A model generated the notes under the pieces. It saw only the letters and a program-made list of their open reading frames with translations. It was not told where the DNA came from and did not search any database. Shown here piece by piece: positions 29,601 to 47,100 of a DNA stretch of 64,000 nt. This DNA is from the human T2T-CHM13v2.0 reference genome, Homo sapiens. Position 1 is the first letter of the stretch, and every line of letters starts with the position of its first letter. The stretch lies in assembly GCF_009914755.1 (NCBI RefSeq), contig NC_060937.1; one strand, 5' to 3'. A program made the translations under genes and the position numbers.

Positions 29601-32600
29601 ACTGTACATAAAATATGAAAGTACATCGAATATATATTTTATTCTGTACATAAAATATCAAAGTATACCAGATATATATTCTATAGTGTACATAAAATAT
29701 CAAAGTACCCAAACTATACATTATATTCTGTACATAAAATATGAAATTACATCAAATATATATTAGGTACATAAAATATGAAAGTACATCAAATATAGAT
29801 TATATACTGTACATAAAATATCAAAGTACCCCAAATATATATTATATACTCTACATGAAATATCAAAGTTCACAAACTATATATTATATACTGTACATAA
29901 AATATCAAAGTACCCAAGGTATATATTCTATACTGTACAAAAAATATCAAAGTACCCAAAGCATGTATTATATACTGTATATAAAATATGAAACTACATC
30001 AAATATATATTTTATTCTCTACATAAAATATCAAAGTACACCAGATATATATTCTATAGTGTACATAAAATATCAAAGTACCCAAACTATTTATTATATA
30101 CTGTACATCAAATATGAAATTACATCAAATATATATTATATTAGGTACATAAAATATGAAAGTACATCAAATATAGATTATATGCTGTACATTAAATACC
30201 AAAGTACCCCAAATATATATTTTATACTATACATGAAATATCAAAGTTCACAAACTATATATTATATACTGTACATAAAATATCAAAGTACCCTAGGTAT
30301 ATATTCTATACTGTACCAAAAATATCAAAGTACCCAAAGCACGTATTATATACTGTACATAAAATATGAAAGTACATCAAATATATATTTTATTCTGTAC
30401 ATAAAATATCAAAGTACACCAGATATATATTCTATAGTGTACATAAAATATCAAAGTACACAAACTATACATTATATACTGTACATAAAATATGAAATTA
30501 CATCAAATCTATATTAGGTACATAAAATATGAAAGTACATCAAATATAGATTATATACTGTACATAAAATATCAAAGTACCCCAAATATATATTATATAC
30601 TCTACATGAAATATCAAAGTTCACAAACTATATATTATATACTGTACATAAAATATCAAAGTACCCAAGGTATATATTCTATACTGTACAAAAAATATCA
30701 AAGTACCCAAAGCATGTATTATATACTGTATATAAAATATGAAAGTACTTTAAATATATATTTTATTCTGTACATAAAATATCAAAGTACACCAGATATA
30801 TATTCTAGAGTGTACATAAAATTACAAAGTACACAAACTATAAATTATATACTGTACATAAAATATGAAATTACATCAAATATATATTAGGTACATAAAA
30901 TATGAAAGTACATCAAATATAGATTATATACTGTACATAAAATATCAAAGTACCCCAAATATATATTATATACTCTACATGAAATATCAAAGTTCACAAA
31001 CCATACATTATATACTGTACATAAAATATCAAAGTACCCAATATATATATTCTATACTGTACAAAACATATCAAAGTACCCAAAGCATGTATTATATACT
31101 GTACATAAAATATGAAAGTACATCAAATATATATTTTATTCTGTACATAAAATATCAAAGTACACCAGATATATATACTATAGTGTACATAAAATATCAT
31201 AGTACCCAAACTATACATTATATACTGTACATAAAATATGAAATTACATCAAATATATATTATATTAGGTACATAAAATATGAAAGTACATCAAATATAG
31301 ATTATATACTGTACATAAAATATCAAAGTACCCCAAATATATATTATATACTCTACATGAAATATCAAAGTTCACAAACTATATATTATATACTGTACAT
31401 AAAATATGAAATTACATCAAATATATTTTATATTAGGTACATAAAATATGAAAGTACATCAAATATAGATTATATACTTTACATTAAATACCAAAGTACC
31501 ACAAATATATATTTTATACTGTACAGGAAATATCAAAGTTCACAAACTATATATTATATACTGTACATATAATATCAAAGTACCCAAGGTATATATTCTA
31601 TACTGTACAAAAAATAACAAAGTACCAAAAGCATGTATTATATAGTGTACCTAAGATATGAAACTACATCAAATATATATTTTATTCTGTACATAAAATA
31701 TCAAAGTACACCAGATATATATTCTATAATGTACATAAAATATCAAAGTACCCAAACTATACATTATATACTGTACATAAAATATGAAATTACATCAAAT
31801 ATATATTATATTAGGTACATAAAATATGAAAGTACATCAAATATAGATTATATACTGTACATTAAATACCAAAGTACCCCAAATATATATTTTATACTGT
31901 ACATGAAATATCAAAGTTCACAAACTATATATTATATACTGTACATATAATATCAAAGTACCCAAAGTATATATTCTATACTGTACAAAAAATATCAAAG
32001 TACCAAAAGCATGTATTATATACTGTACATAAAATATGAAAGTACATCAAATATATATTTTATTCTGTACATAAAATATCAAAGTACACCAGATATATAT
32101 TCTATAGTGTACATAAAATATCAAAGTACCCAAACTATACATTATATACTGTACATAAAATATGAAATTACATCAAATATATTTTATATTAGGTACATAA
32201 AATATGAAAGTACATCAAATATAGATTATATACTGTACATTAAATACCAAAGTACCCCAAATATATATTTTATACTGTACATGAAATATCAAAGTTCACA
32301 AACTATATATTATATACTGTACATAAAATATCAAAGTACCCAAGGTATATATTCTATACTGTACAAAAAATATCAAAGTACCCAAAGCATGTATTATATG
32401 CTGTACATTAAATATGAAAGTACATCAAATATATATTTTATTCTGTACATAATATATCAAAGTACACCAGATATATATTCTATAGTGTACATAAAATATC
32501 AAAGTACCCAAACTATACATTATATACTGTACATAAAATATGAGATTACATCAAATATATATTATGTTAGGTACATAAAATATGAAAGTACATCAAATAT

Positions 32601-35600
32601 AGATTATATACTGTAGATAAAATATCAAAGTACCCCAAATATATATTATATACTCTACATGAAATATCAAAGTTCACAAACTATATATTATATACTGTAC
32701 ATAAAATATCAAAGTACCCAAGGTATATATTCTATACTGTACAAAAAATATCAAAGTACCCAAAGCATGTATTATATACTGTATATAAAATATGAAAGTA
32801 CATCAAATATATATTTTATTCTGTACATAAAATATCAAAGTACACCAGATATATATTCTATAGTGTACATAAAATAACAAAGTACACAAACTATAAATTA
32901 TATACTGTACATAAAATATGAAATTACATCAAATATATATTAGGTACATAAAATATGAAAGTACATCAAATATAGATTATATACTGAACATATAATATCA
33001 ATGTACCCCAAATATATATTTTATACTCTACATGAAATATCAAAGTTCAGAAAGCATACATTATATACTGTACATAAAATATCAAAGTACCCAAGGTATA
33101 TATTCTATACTGTACAAAAAATATCAAAGTACCCAAAGCATGTATTATATACTGTACATAAAATATGAAAGTACATCAAATATATATTTTATTCTGAACA
33201 TAAAATATCAAAGTACACCAGATATATATTCTATAGTGTACATAAAATATCAAAGTACCCAAACTATACATTATATACTGTACATAAAATATGAAATTAC
33301 ATCAAATATATATTAGGTACATAAAATATGAAAGTACATCAAATATAGATCATATACTGTACATAAAATATCAAAGTACCCCAAATATATATTATATACT
33401 CTACATGAAATATCAAAGTTCACAAACTATATATTATATACTGTACATAAAATATCAAAGTACCCAAGGTATATATTCTATACTGTACAAAAAATATCAA
33501 AGTACCCAAAGCATGTATTATATACTGTACATAAAATATGAAAGTACATCAAATATATATTTTATTCTGTACATAAAATATAAAAGTACACCAGATATAT
33601 ATTCTATAGTGTACATAAAATAACAAAGTACACAAACTATACATTATATACTGTACATAAAATATGAAATTACATCAAATATATATTAGGTACATAAAAT
33701 ATGAAAGTACATCAAATATAGATTATATACTGTACATAAAATATCAAAGTACCCCAAATATATATTATATACTCTACATGAAATATCAAAGTTCACAAAC
33801 TATATATTATATACTCTACATAAAATATCAAAGTACCCAAGGTATATATTCTATACTGTAGAAAAAATATCAAAGTACCCAAAGCATGTATTATATACTG
33901 TATATAAAATATGAAAGTACATCAAATATATATTTTATTCTGTACATAAAATATCAAAGTACACCAGATATATATTCTATAGTGTACATAAAATAACAAA
34001 GTACACAAACTATAAATTATATACTGTACATAAAATATGAAATTACATCAAATATATATTAGGTACATAAAATATGAAAGTACATCAAATATAGATTATA
34101 TACTGTACATATAATATCAATGTACCCGAAATATATATTTTATACTCTGCATGAAATATCAAAGTTCACAAACCATATATGATATACTGTACATAAAATA
34201 TCAAAGTACCCAAGGTATATATTCTATACTGTACAAAAAATATCAAAGTACCCAAAGCATGTATTATATACTGTACATAAAATATGAAATTACATCAAAT
34301 ATATATTTTATTCTGTACATAAAATATCAAAGTACACCAGATATATATTCTATAGTGTACATAAAATATCAAAGTACCCAAACTATACATTATATACTGT
34401 ACATAAAATATGAAATTACATCAAATATATATTATATTAGGTACATAAAATATGAAAGTACATCAAATATAGATTATATGCTGTACATTAAATACCAAAG
34501 TACCCCAAATATATATTTTATACTGTACATGAAATATCAAAGTTCACAAACTATATATTATATACTGTACATAAAATACCAAAGTACCCTAGGTATATAT
34601 TCTATACTGTACCAAAAATATCAAAGTACCCAAAGCACGTATTATATACTGTACATAAAATATGAAAGTACATCAAATATATATTTTATTCTGTACATAA
34701 AATATCAAAGTACACCAGATATATATTCTATAGTGTACATAAAATATCAAAGTACCCAAACTATACATTATATACTGTACATAAAATATGAAATTACATC
34801 AAATCTATATTAGGTACATAAAATATGAAAGTACATCAAATATAGATTATATACTGTACATAAAATATCAAAGTACCCCAAATATATATTATATACTCTA
34901 CATGAAATATCAAAGTTCACAAACTATATATTATATACTGTACATAAAATATCAAAGTACCCAAGGTATATATTCTATACTGTACAAAAAATAACAAAGT
35001 ACCCAAAGCATGTATTATATACTGTATATAAAATATGAAAGTACTTTAAATATATATTTTATTCTGTACATAAAATATCAAAGTACACCAGATATATATT
35101 CTAGAGTGTACATAAAATTACAAAGTACACAAACTATAAATTATATACTGTACATATAATATGAAATTACATCAAATATATATTAGGTACATAAAATATG
35201 AAAGTACATCAAATATAGATTATATACTGTACATAAAATATCAAAGTACCCCAAATATATATTATATACTCTACATGAAATATCAAAGTTCACAAACCAT
35301 ACATTATATACTGTACATAAAATATCAAAGTACCCAATATATATATTCTATACTGTACAAAACATATCAAAGTACCCAAAGCATGTATTATATACTGTAC
35401 ATAAAATATGAAAGTACATCAAATATATATTTTATTCTGTACATAAAATATCAAAGTACACCAGATATATATACTATAGTGTACATAAAATATCATAGTA
35501 CCCAAACTATACATTATATACTGTACATAAAATATGAAATTACATCAAATATATATTATATTAGGTACATAAAATATGAAAGTAAAACAAATATAGATTA

Positions 35601-38145
35601 TATACTGTACATAAAATATCAAAGTACCCCAAATATATATTATATACTCTACATGAAATATCAAAGTTCACAAACTATATATTATATACTGTACATAAAA
35701 TATGAAATTACATCAAATATATTTTATATTAGGTACATAAAATATGAAAGTACATCAAATATAGATTATATATTTTACATTAAATACCAAAGTACCACAA
35801 ATATATATTTTATACTGTACAGGAAATATCAAAGTTCACAAACTATATATTATATACTGTACATATAATATCAAAGTACCCAAGGTATATATTCTATACT
35901 GTACAAAAAATAACAAAGTACCAAAAGCATGTATTATATAGTGTACCTAAGATATGAAAGTACATCAAATATATATTTTATTCTGTACATAAAATATCAA
36001 AGTACACCAGATATATATTCTATAGTGTACATAAAATATCAAAGTACCCAAACTATACATTATATACTGTACATAAAATATGAAATTACATCAAATATAT
36101 ATTATATTAGGTACATAAAATATGAAAGTACATCAAATATAGATTATATACTGTACATTAAATACCAAAGTACCCCAAATATATATTTTATACTGTACAT
36201 GAAATATCAAAGTTCACAAACTATATATTATATACTGTACATATAATATCAAAGTACCCAAAGTATATATTCTATACTGTACAAAAAATATCAAAGTACC
36301 AAAAGCATGTATTATATACTGTACATAAAATATGAAAGTACATCAAATATATATTTTATTCTGTACATAAAATATCAAAGTACACCAGATATATATTCTA
36401 TAGTGTACATAAAGTATCAAAGTACCCAAACTATACATTATATACTGTACATAAAATATGAAATTACATCAAATATATTTTATATTAGGTACATAAAATA
36501 TGAAAGTACATCAAATATAGATTATATACTGTACATTAAATACCAAAGTACCCCAAATATATATTTTATACTGTACATGAAATATCAAAGTTCACAAACT
36601 ATATATTATATACTGTACATAAAATATCAAAGTACCCAAGGTATATATTCTATACTGTACAAAAAATATCAAAGTACCCAAAGCATGTATTATATGCTGT
36701 ACATTAAATATGAAAGTACATCAAATATATATTTTATTCTGTACATAATATATCAAAGTACACCAGATATATATTCTATAGTGTACATAAAATATCAAAG
36801 TACCCAAACTATACATTATATACTGTACATAAAATATGAGATTACATCAAATATATATTATGTTAGGTACATAAAATATGAAAGTACATCCAATATAGAT
36901 TATATACTGTAGATAAAATATCAAAGTACCCCAAATATATATTATATACTCTACATGAAATATCAAAGTTCACAAACTATATATTATATACTGTACATAA
37001 AATATCAAAGTACCCAAGGTATATATTCTATACTGTACAAAAAATATCAAAGTACCCAAAGCATGTATTATATACTGTATATAAAATATGAAAGTACATC
37101 AAATATATATTTTATTCTGTACATAAAATATCAAAGTACACCAGATATATATTCTATAGTGTACATAAAATAACAAAGTACACAAACTATAAATTATATA
37201 CTGTACATAAAATATGAAATTACATCAAATATATATTAGGTACATAAAATATGAAAGTACATCAAATATAGATTATATACTGAACATATAATATCAATGT
37301 ACCCCAAATATATATTTTATACTCTACATGAAATATCAAAGTTCAGAAACCATACATTATATACTGTACATAAAATATCAAAGTACCCAAGGTATATATT
37401 CTATACTGTACAAAAAATATCAAAGTACCCAAAGCATGTATTATATACTGTACATAAAATATGAAAGTACATCAAATATATATTTTATTCTGAACATAAA
37501 ATATCAAAGTACACCAGATATATATTCTATAGTGTACATAAAATATCAAAGTACCCAAACTATACATTATATACTGTACATAAAATATGAAATTACATCA
37601 AATATATATTAGGTACATAAAATATGAAAGTACATCAAATATAGATCATATACTGTACATAAAATATCAAAGTACCCCAAATATATATTATATACTCTAC
37701 ATGAAATATCAAAGTTCACAAACTATATATTATATACTGTACATAAAATATCAAAGTACCCAAGGTATATATTCTATACTGTACAAAAAATATCAAAGTA
37801 CCCAAAGCATGTATTATATACTGTACATAAAATATGAAAGTACATCAAATATATATTTTATTCTGTACATAAAATATAAAAGTACACCAGATATATATTC
37901 TATAGTGTACATAAAATAACAAAGTACACAAACTATACATTATATACTGTACATAAAATATGAAATTACATCAAATATATATTAGGTACATAAAATATGA
38001 AAGTACATCAAATATAGATTATATACTGTACAAAAATATCAAAGTACCCCAAATATATATTATATACTCTACATGAAATATCAAAGTTCACAAACTATAT
38101 ATTATATACTCTACATAAAATATCAAAGTACCCAAGGTATATATT
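23700..38145 (+). repeat. Sub-array X (copy 2): 6344-bp period followed by a derived 4296-bp period
   Basis: 24148->30492 and 25667->32011 = 6344. 30492->34788, 31633->35929 and 33032->37328 = 4296. Confidence 0.85.
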
Positions 38146-41100
38146 CTATACTGTACAAAAAATATCAAAGTACCCAAAGCATGTATTATATACTGTACAT
38201 AAAATATGAAAGTACATCAAATATATATTTTATTCTGTACATAAAATATCAAAGTACACCAGATATATATTCTATAGTGTACATAAAATATCAAAGTACC
38301 CAAACTATACATTATATACTGTACATAAAATATGAGATTACATCAAATATATATTATATTAGCTACATAAAATATGAAAGTACATCAGATATAGATTATA
38401 TACTGTACATAAAATATCAAAGTACCCCAAATATATATTATATACTCTACATGAAATATCAAAGTTCACAAACTATATATTATATACTGTACATAAAATA
38501 TCAAAGTACCCAAGGTATATATTCTATACTGTACAAAAAATATCAAAGTACCCAAAGTATGTATTATATACTGTATACAAAATATGAAAATACATTAAAT
38601 ATATATTTTATTCTGTACATAAAATATCAAAGTACACCAGATATGTATTCTATAGTGTACATAAAATAACAAAGTACACAAACTATAAATTATATAATGT
38701 ACGTAAAATATGAAATTACATCAAATATATATTAGGTACATAAAATATGAAAGTACATCAAATATAGATTATATACTGTACATATATCAATGTACCCCAA
38801 ATATATATTTTATACTCTACATGAAATATCAAAGTTCACAAACCATACATTATATACTGTACATAAAATATCAAAGTACCCAAGGTATATATTCTATACT
38901 GTACGAAAAATATCAAAGTACCCAAAGCATGTATTATATACTGTACCTAAAATATGAAAGTACATCAAATATATATTTTATTCTGTACATAAAATATCAA
39001 AGTACACCAGATATATATTCTATAGTGTACATAAAATATCAAAGTACCCAAACTATACATTATATACTGTACATAAAATATGAAATTACATCAAATATAT
39101 ATTATATTAGGTACATAAAATATGAAAGTACATGAAATATAGATTATATACTGTACATAAAATATCAAGGTACCCCAAATATATATTATATACTCTACAT
39201 GAAATATCAAAGTTCACAAACTATATATTATATACTGTACATAAAATATCAAAGTACCCAAGGTATATATTCTATACTGTACAAAAAATAACAAAGTACC
39301 AAAAGCATGTATAATATACTGTACCTAAAATATGAAAGTACATCAAATATATATTTTATTCTGTACATAAAATATCAAAGTACACCAGATATATATTCTA
39401 TAGAGTACATAAAATATCAAAGTACCCAAACTATACATTATATACTGTACATAAAATATGAAATTACATCAAATATATATTATATTAGGTACATAAAATA
39501 TGAAAGTACATCAAATATAGATTATACACACTACATAAAATATCAAAGTACCCCAATTATATATTATATACTCTACAGGAAATATCAAAGTTTGCAAACT
39601 ATATATTATATACTGTACATAAAATAAAGTCCCCAAGGTATATATTCTATACTGTAGATAAAACACCAAAGTACCCAAAGCATGTATTATATACTGTATA
39701 TAAAATATGGAAGTACATCAAATATATATTTTATTCTGTACATAAAATATCAAAGTACACCAGATATATATTCTATAGTGTACATAAAATAACAAAGTAC
39801 AAAAACTATAAATTATATACTGTACATAAAATATGAAATTACATCAAATATATATTAGGTACATAAAATATGAAAGTACATCAAATATAGATTATATACT
39901 GTACATAAAATTTCAATGTACCCCAAATATATATTTTATACTCTACATGAAATATCAAAGTTCACAAACCATATATTATATACTGTACATAAAATATCAA
40001 AGTACCCAAGGAATGTATTCTATACTATACAAAAAATATCAAAGTACCCAAAGCATGTATTATATACTGTACCTAAAATATGAAAGTACATCAAATATAT
40101 ATTTTATTCTGTACATAAAATATCAAAGTACACCAGATATATATTCTATAGTGTACATAAAATATCAAAGTACCCAAACTATACATTATATTCTGTACAT
40201 AAAATATGAAATTACATCAAATACATATTAGGTACGTAAAATATGAAAGTACATCAAATATAGATTATATACTGTACATAAAATATCAAAGTACCCCAAA
40301 TATATATTATATACTCTACATGAAATATGAAAGTACCCAAACTATACATTATATACTGTACATAAAATATGAAATTACATCAAATATATTTTATATTAGG
40401 TACATAAAATATGAAAGTACATCAAATATAGATTATATACTGTACATTAAATACCAAAGTACCCCAATTATATATTTTATACTGTACATGAAATATCAAA
40501 GTTCACAAACTATATATTATATACTGTACATAAAATATCAAAGTACCCAAGATATATATTCTATACTGTACAAAAAATATCAAAGTATCCAAAGCATGTA
40601 TTATATACTGTACCTAAAATATGAAAGTACATCAAATATATATTTTATTCTGTACATAAAATATCAAAGTACAGCAGATATATATTCTATAGTGTACATA
40701 AAATATCAAAGTACCCAAACTATAAATTATATACTGTACATAAAATATGAAATTACATCAAATATATATTATATTAGGTACATAAAATATGAAAGGACAT
40801 CAAATATAGATTATATACTGTACATAAAATATCAAAGTACCCCAAATATATATTATATACTCTACATGAAATATCAAAGTTCACAAGCTATATATTATAT
40901 ACTGTACATAAAATATCAAAGTACCCAAGGTATATATTCTATACTGCACAAAAAATATCAAAGTACCCAAAGCATGTATTATATACTGTACATAAAATAT
41001 GAAAGTACATCGAATATATATTTTATTCTGTACATAAAATATCAAAGTACACCAGATATATATTCTATAGTGTACATAAAATATCAAAGTACCCAAACTA

Positions 41101-44100
41101 TACATTATATTCTGTACATAAAATATGAAATTACATCAAATATATATTAGGTACATAAAATATGAAATTACATGAAATATAGATTATATACTGTGCATAA
41201 AATATCAAAGTACCCCAAATATATATTATATACTCTACATGAAATATCAAAGTTCACAAACTATATATTATATACTGTACATAAAATATGAAATTACATC
41301 AAATATATTTTATATTAGGTACATAAAATATGAAAGTACATCAAATATAGATTATATACTTTACATTAAATACCAAAGTACCCCAAATATATATTTTATA
41401 CTGTACATGAAATATCAAAGTTCACAAACTATATATTATATACTGTACATATAATATCAAAGTACCCAAGGTATATATTCTATACTGTACAAAAAACATC
41501 AAAGTACCCAAAGCATGCATTATATACTGTACATAAAATATGAAAGTACATCAAATATATATTTTATTCTGTACATAAAATATCAAAGTACACCAGATAT
41601 ATATTCTATAGTGTACATAAAATAACAAAGTACAAAAACTATACATTATATACTGTACATAAAATATGAAATTACATCAAATATATTTTATATTAGGTAC
41701 ATAAAATATGAAAGTACATCAAATATATATTTTATTCTGTACATAAAATATCAAAGTACACCAGATATATATTCTATAGTGTACATAAAATAACAAAGTA
41801 CAAAAACTATACATTATATACTGTACATAAAATATGAAATTACATCAAATATATTTTATATTAGGTACATAAAATATGAAAGTACATCAAATATATATTT
41901 TATTCTGTACATAAAATATCAAAGTACACCAGATATATATTCTATAGTGTACATAAAATATCAAAGTACCCAAACTATACATTATATACTGTACATAAAA
42001 TATGAAATTACATCAAATATATTTTATATTAGGTACATAAAATATGAAAGCACGTCAAATATAGATTATATACTGTACATTAAATACCAAAGTACCCCAA
42101 ATATATATTTTATACTGTACATCAAATATAAAAGTTCACACACTATATATTATATACTGTACATAAAATATCAAAGTACCCAAGGTATATATTCTATACT
42201 GTACAAAAAATATCAAAGTACCCAAAGCATGTATTATATAGTGTACATAAAATATGAAAGTACATCAAATATATATTTTATTCTGTACATAAAATATCAA
42301 AGTACACCAGATATATATTCTATAGTGTACATAAAATATCAAAGTACCCAAACTATACATTATATACTGTACATAAAATATCAAAGTACCCAAACTATAC
42401 ATTATATACTGTACATAAAATATGAGATTACATCAAATATATATTATATTAGCTACATAAAATATGAAAGTACATCAGATATAGATTATATACTGTACAT
42501 AAAATATCAAAGTACCCCAAATATATATTACATACTCTACATGAAATATCAAATTTCACAAACTATATATTATATACTGTACATAAAATATCAAAGTACC
42601 CAAGGTATATATTCTATACTGTACAAAAAATAACAAAGTACCAAAAGCATGTATAATATACTGTACATAAAATATGAAAGTACATCAAAAATATAATTTA
42701 TTCTGTACATAAAATATCAAAGTACACCAGATATATATTCTATAGTGTACATAAAATATCAAAGTACCCAAACTATACATTATATACTGTAAATAAAATA
42801 TGAAATTACATCAAATATATTTTATATTAGGTACATAAAATATGAAAGTACATCAAATATATATTTTATACTGTACATAAAATATCAAAGTACACCAGAT
42901 ATATATTCTATAGTGTACATAAAATATCAAAGTACCCAAACTATACATTATATACTGTACATAAAATATGAAATTACATCAAATATATATTATATTAGGT
43001 ACATAAAATATGAAAGCACATCAAATATAGATTATATACTGTACATTAAATACCAAAGTACCCCAAATATATATTATATACTCTACATGAAATATCAAAG
43101 TTCACAAACTATATATTATATACTGTACATAAAATATCAAAGTACCCAAGGTATATATTCTATACTGTACAAAAAATATCAAAGTACCCAAAGCATGTAT
43201 TATATACTGTATACAAAATATGAAAATACATTAAATATATATTTTATTCTGTACATAAAATATCAAAGTACACCAGATATGTATTCTATAGTGTACATAA
43301 AATAACAAAGTACACAAACTATAAATTATATAATGTACGTAAAATATGAAATTACATCAAATATATATTAGGTACATAAAATATGAAAGTACATCATATA
43401 TAGATTATATACTGTACATATATCAATGTACCCCAAATATATATTTTATACTCTACATGAAATATCAAAGTTCACAAACCATACATTATATACTGTACAT
43501 AAAATATCAAAGTACCCAAGGTATATATTCTATACTGTAAGAAAAATATCAAAGTACCCAAAGCATGTATTATATACTGTACCTAAAATATGAAAGTACA
43601 TCAAATATATATTTTATTCTGTACATAAAATATCAAAGTACACCAGATATATATTCTATAGTGTACATAAAATATCAAAGTACCCAAACTATACATTATA
43701 TACTGTACATAAAATATGAAATTACATCAAATATATATTATATTAGGTACATAAAATATGAAAGTACATGAAATATAGATTATATACTGTACATAAAATA
43801 TCAAGGTACCCCAAATATATATTATATACTCTACATGAAATATCAAAGTTCACAAACTATATATTATATACTGTACATAAAATATCAAAGTACCCAAGGT
43901 ATATATTCTATACTGTACAAAAAATAACAAAGTACCAAAAGCATGTATAATATACTGTACCTAAATTATGAAAGTACATCAAATATATATTTTATTCTGT
44001 ACATAAAATATCAAAGTACACCAGATATATATTCTATAGTGTACATAAAATATCAAAGTACCCAAACTATACATTATATACTGTACATAAAATATGAAAT

Positions 44101-47100
44101 TACATCAAATATATATTATATTAGGTACATAAAATATGAAAGTACATCAAATATAGATTATACACACTACATAAAATATCAAAGTACCCCAAATATATAT
44201 TATATACTCTACAGGAAATATCAAAGTTTGCAAACTATATATTATATACTGTACATAAAATAAAGTCCCCAAGGTATATATTCTATACTGTAGATAAAAC
44301 ACCAAAGTACCCAAAGCATGTATTATATACTGTATATAAAATATGGAAGTACATCAAATATATATTTTATTCTGTACATAAAATATCAAAGTACACCAGA
44401 TATATATTCTATAGTGTACATAAAATAACAAAGTACAAAAACTATAAATTATATACTGTACATAAAATATGAAATTACATCAAATATATATTAGGTACAT
44501 AAAATATGAAAGTACATCAAATATAGATTATATACTGTACATAAAATTTCAATGTACCCCAAATATATATTTTATACTCTACATGAAATATCAAAGTTCA
44601 CAAACCATATATTATATACTGTACATAAAATATCAAAGTACCCAAGGAATGTATTCTATACTATACAAAAAATATCAAAGTACCCAAAGCATGTATTATA
44701 TACTGTACCTAAAATATGAAAGTACATCAAATATATATTTTATTCTGTACATAAAATATCAAAGTACACCAGATATATATTCTATAGTGTACATAAAATA
44801 TCAAAGTACCCAAACTATACATTATATTCTGTACATAAAATATGAAATTACATCAAATACATATTAGGTACGTAAAATATGAAAGTACATCAAATATAGA
44901 TTATATACTGTACATAAAATATCAAAGTACCCCAAATATATATTATATACTCTACATGAAATATCAAAGTACCCAAACTATACATTATATACTGTACATA
45001 AAATATGAAATTACATCAAATATATTTTATATTAGGTACATAAAATATGAAAGTACATCAAATATAGATTATATACTGTACATTAAATACCAAAGTACCC
45101 CAATTATATATTTTATACTGTACATGAAATATCAAAGTTCACAAACTATATATTATATACTGTACATAAAATATCAAAGTACCCAAGGTATATATTCTAT
45201 ACTGTACAAAAAATATCAAAGTATCCAAATCATGTATTATATACTGTACCTAAAATATGAAAGTACATCAAATATATATTTTATTCTGTACATAAAATAT
45301 CAAAGTACAGCAGATATATATTCTATAGTGTACATAAAATATCAAAGTACCCAAACTATAAATTATATACTGTACATAAAATATGAAATTACATCAAATA
45401 TATATTATATTAGGTACATAAAATATGAAAGGACATCAAATATAGATTATATACTGTACATAAAATATCAAAGTACCCCAAATATATATTATATACTCTA
45501 CATGAAATATCAAAGTTCACAAGCTATATATTATATACTGTACATAAAATATCAAAGTACCCAAGGTATATATTCTATACTGCACAAAAAATATCAAAGT
45601 ACCCAAAGCATGTATTATATACTGTACATAAAATATGAAAGTACATCGAATATATATTTTATTCTGTACATAAAATATCAAAGTACACCAGATATATATT
45701 CTATAGTGTACATAAAATATCAAAGTACCCAAACTATACATTATATTCTGTTCATAAAATATGAAATTACATCAAATATATATTAGGTACATAAAATATG
45801 AAATTACATGAAATATAGATTATATACTGTGCATAAAATATCAAAGTACCCCAAATATATATTATAAACTCTACATGAAATATCAAAGTTCACAAACTAT
45901 ATATTATATACTGTACATAAAATATGAAATTACATCAAATATATTTTATATTAGGTACATAAAATATGAAACTACATCAAATGTAGATTATATACTTTAC
46001 ATTAAATACCAAAGTACCCCAAATATATATTTTATACTGTACATCAAATATAAAAGTTCACAAACTATATATCATATACTGTACATATAATATCAAAGTA
46101 CCCAAGGTATATATTGTATACTGTACAAAAATAACAAAGTAGCAAAAGCATGTATTATATACTGTACCTAAAATATGAAAGTACATCAAATATATATTTT
46201 ATTCTGTACATAAAATATCAAAGTACACCAGATATATATTCTATAGTGTACATAAAATAACAAAGTACAAAAACTATACATTATATACTGTACATAAAAT
46301 ATGAAATTACATCAAATATATTTTATATTAGGTACATAAAATATGAAAGTACATCAAATATATATTTTATTCTGTACATAAAATATCAAAGTACACCAGA
46401 TATATATTCTATAGTGTACATAAAATATCAAAGTACCCAAACTATACATTATATACTGTACATAAAATATGAAATAACATCAAATATATTTTATATTAGG
46501 TACATAAAATATGAAAGCACGTCAAATATAGATTATATACTGTACATTAAATACCAAAGTACCCCAAATATATATTTTATACTGTACATCAAATATAAAA
46601 GTTCACAAACTATATATTATATACTGTACATAAAATGTCAAAGTACCCAAGGTATATATTCTATACTGTACAAAAAATATCAAAGTACCCAAAGCATGTA
46701 TTATATAGTGTACATAAAATATGAAAGTACATCAAATATATATTTTATTCTGTACATAAAATATCAAAGTACACCAGATATATATTCTATAGTGTACATA
46801 AAATATCAAAGTACCCAAACTATACATTATATACTGTACATAAAATATGAGATTACATCAAATATATATTATATTAGCTACATAAAATATGAAAGTACAT
46901 CAGATATAGATTATATGCTGTACATAAAATATCAAAGTACCCCAAATATATATTATATACTCTACATGAAATATCAAAGTTCACAAACTATATATTATAT
47001 ACTGTACATAAAATATTAAAGTACCCAAGGTATATATTCTATACTGTACAAAAAATAACAAAGTACCAAAAGCATGTATAATATACTGTACATAAAATAT

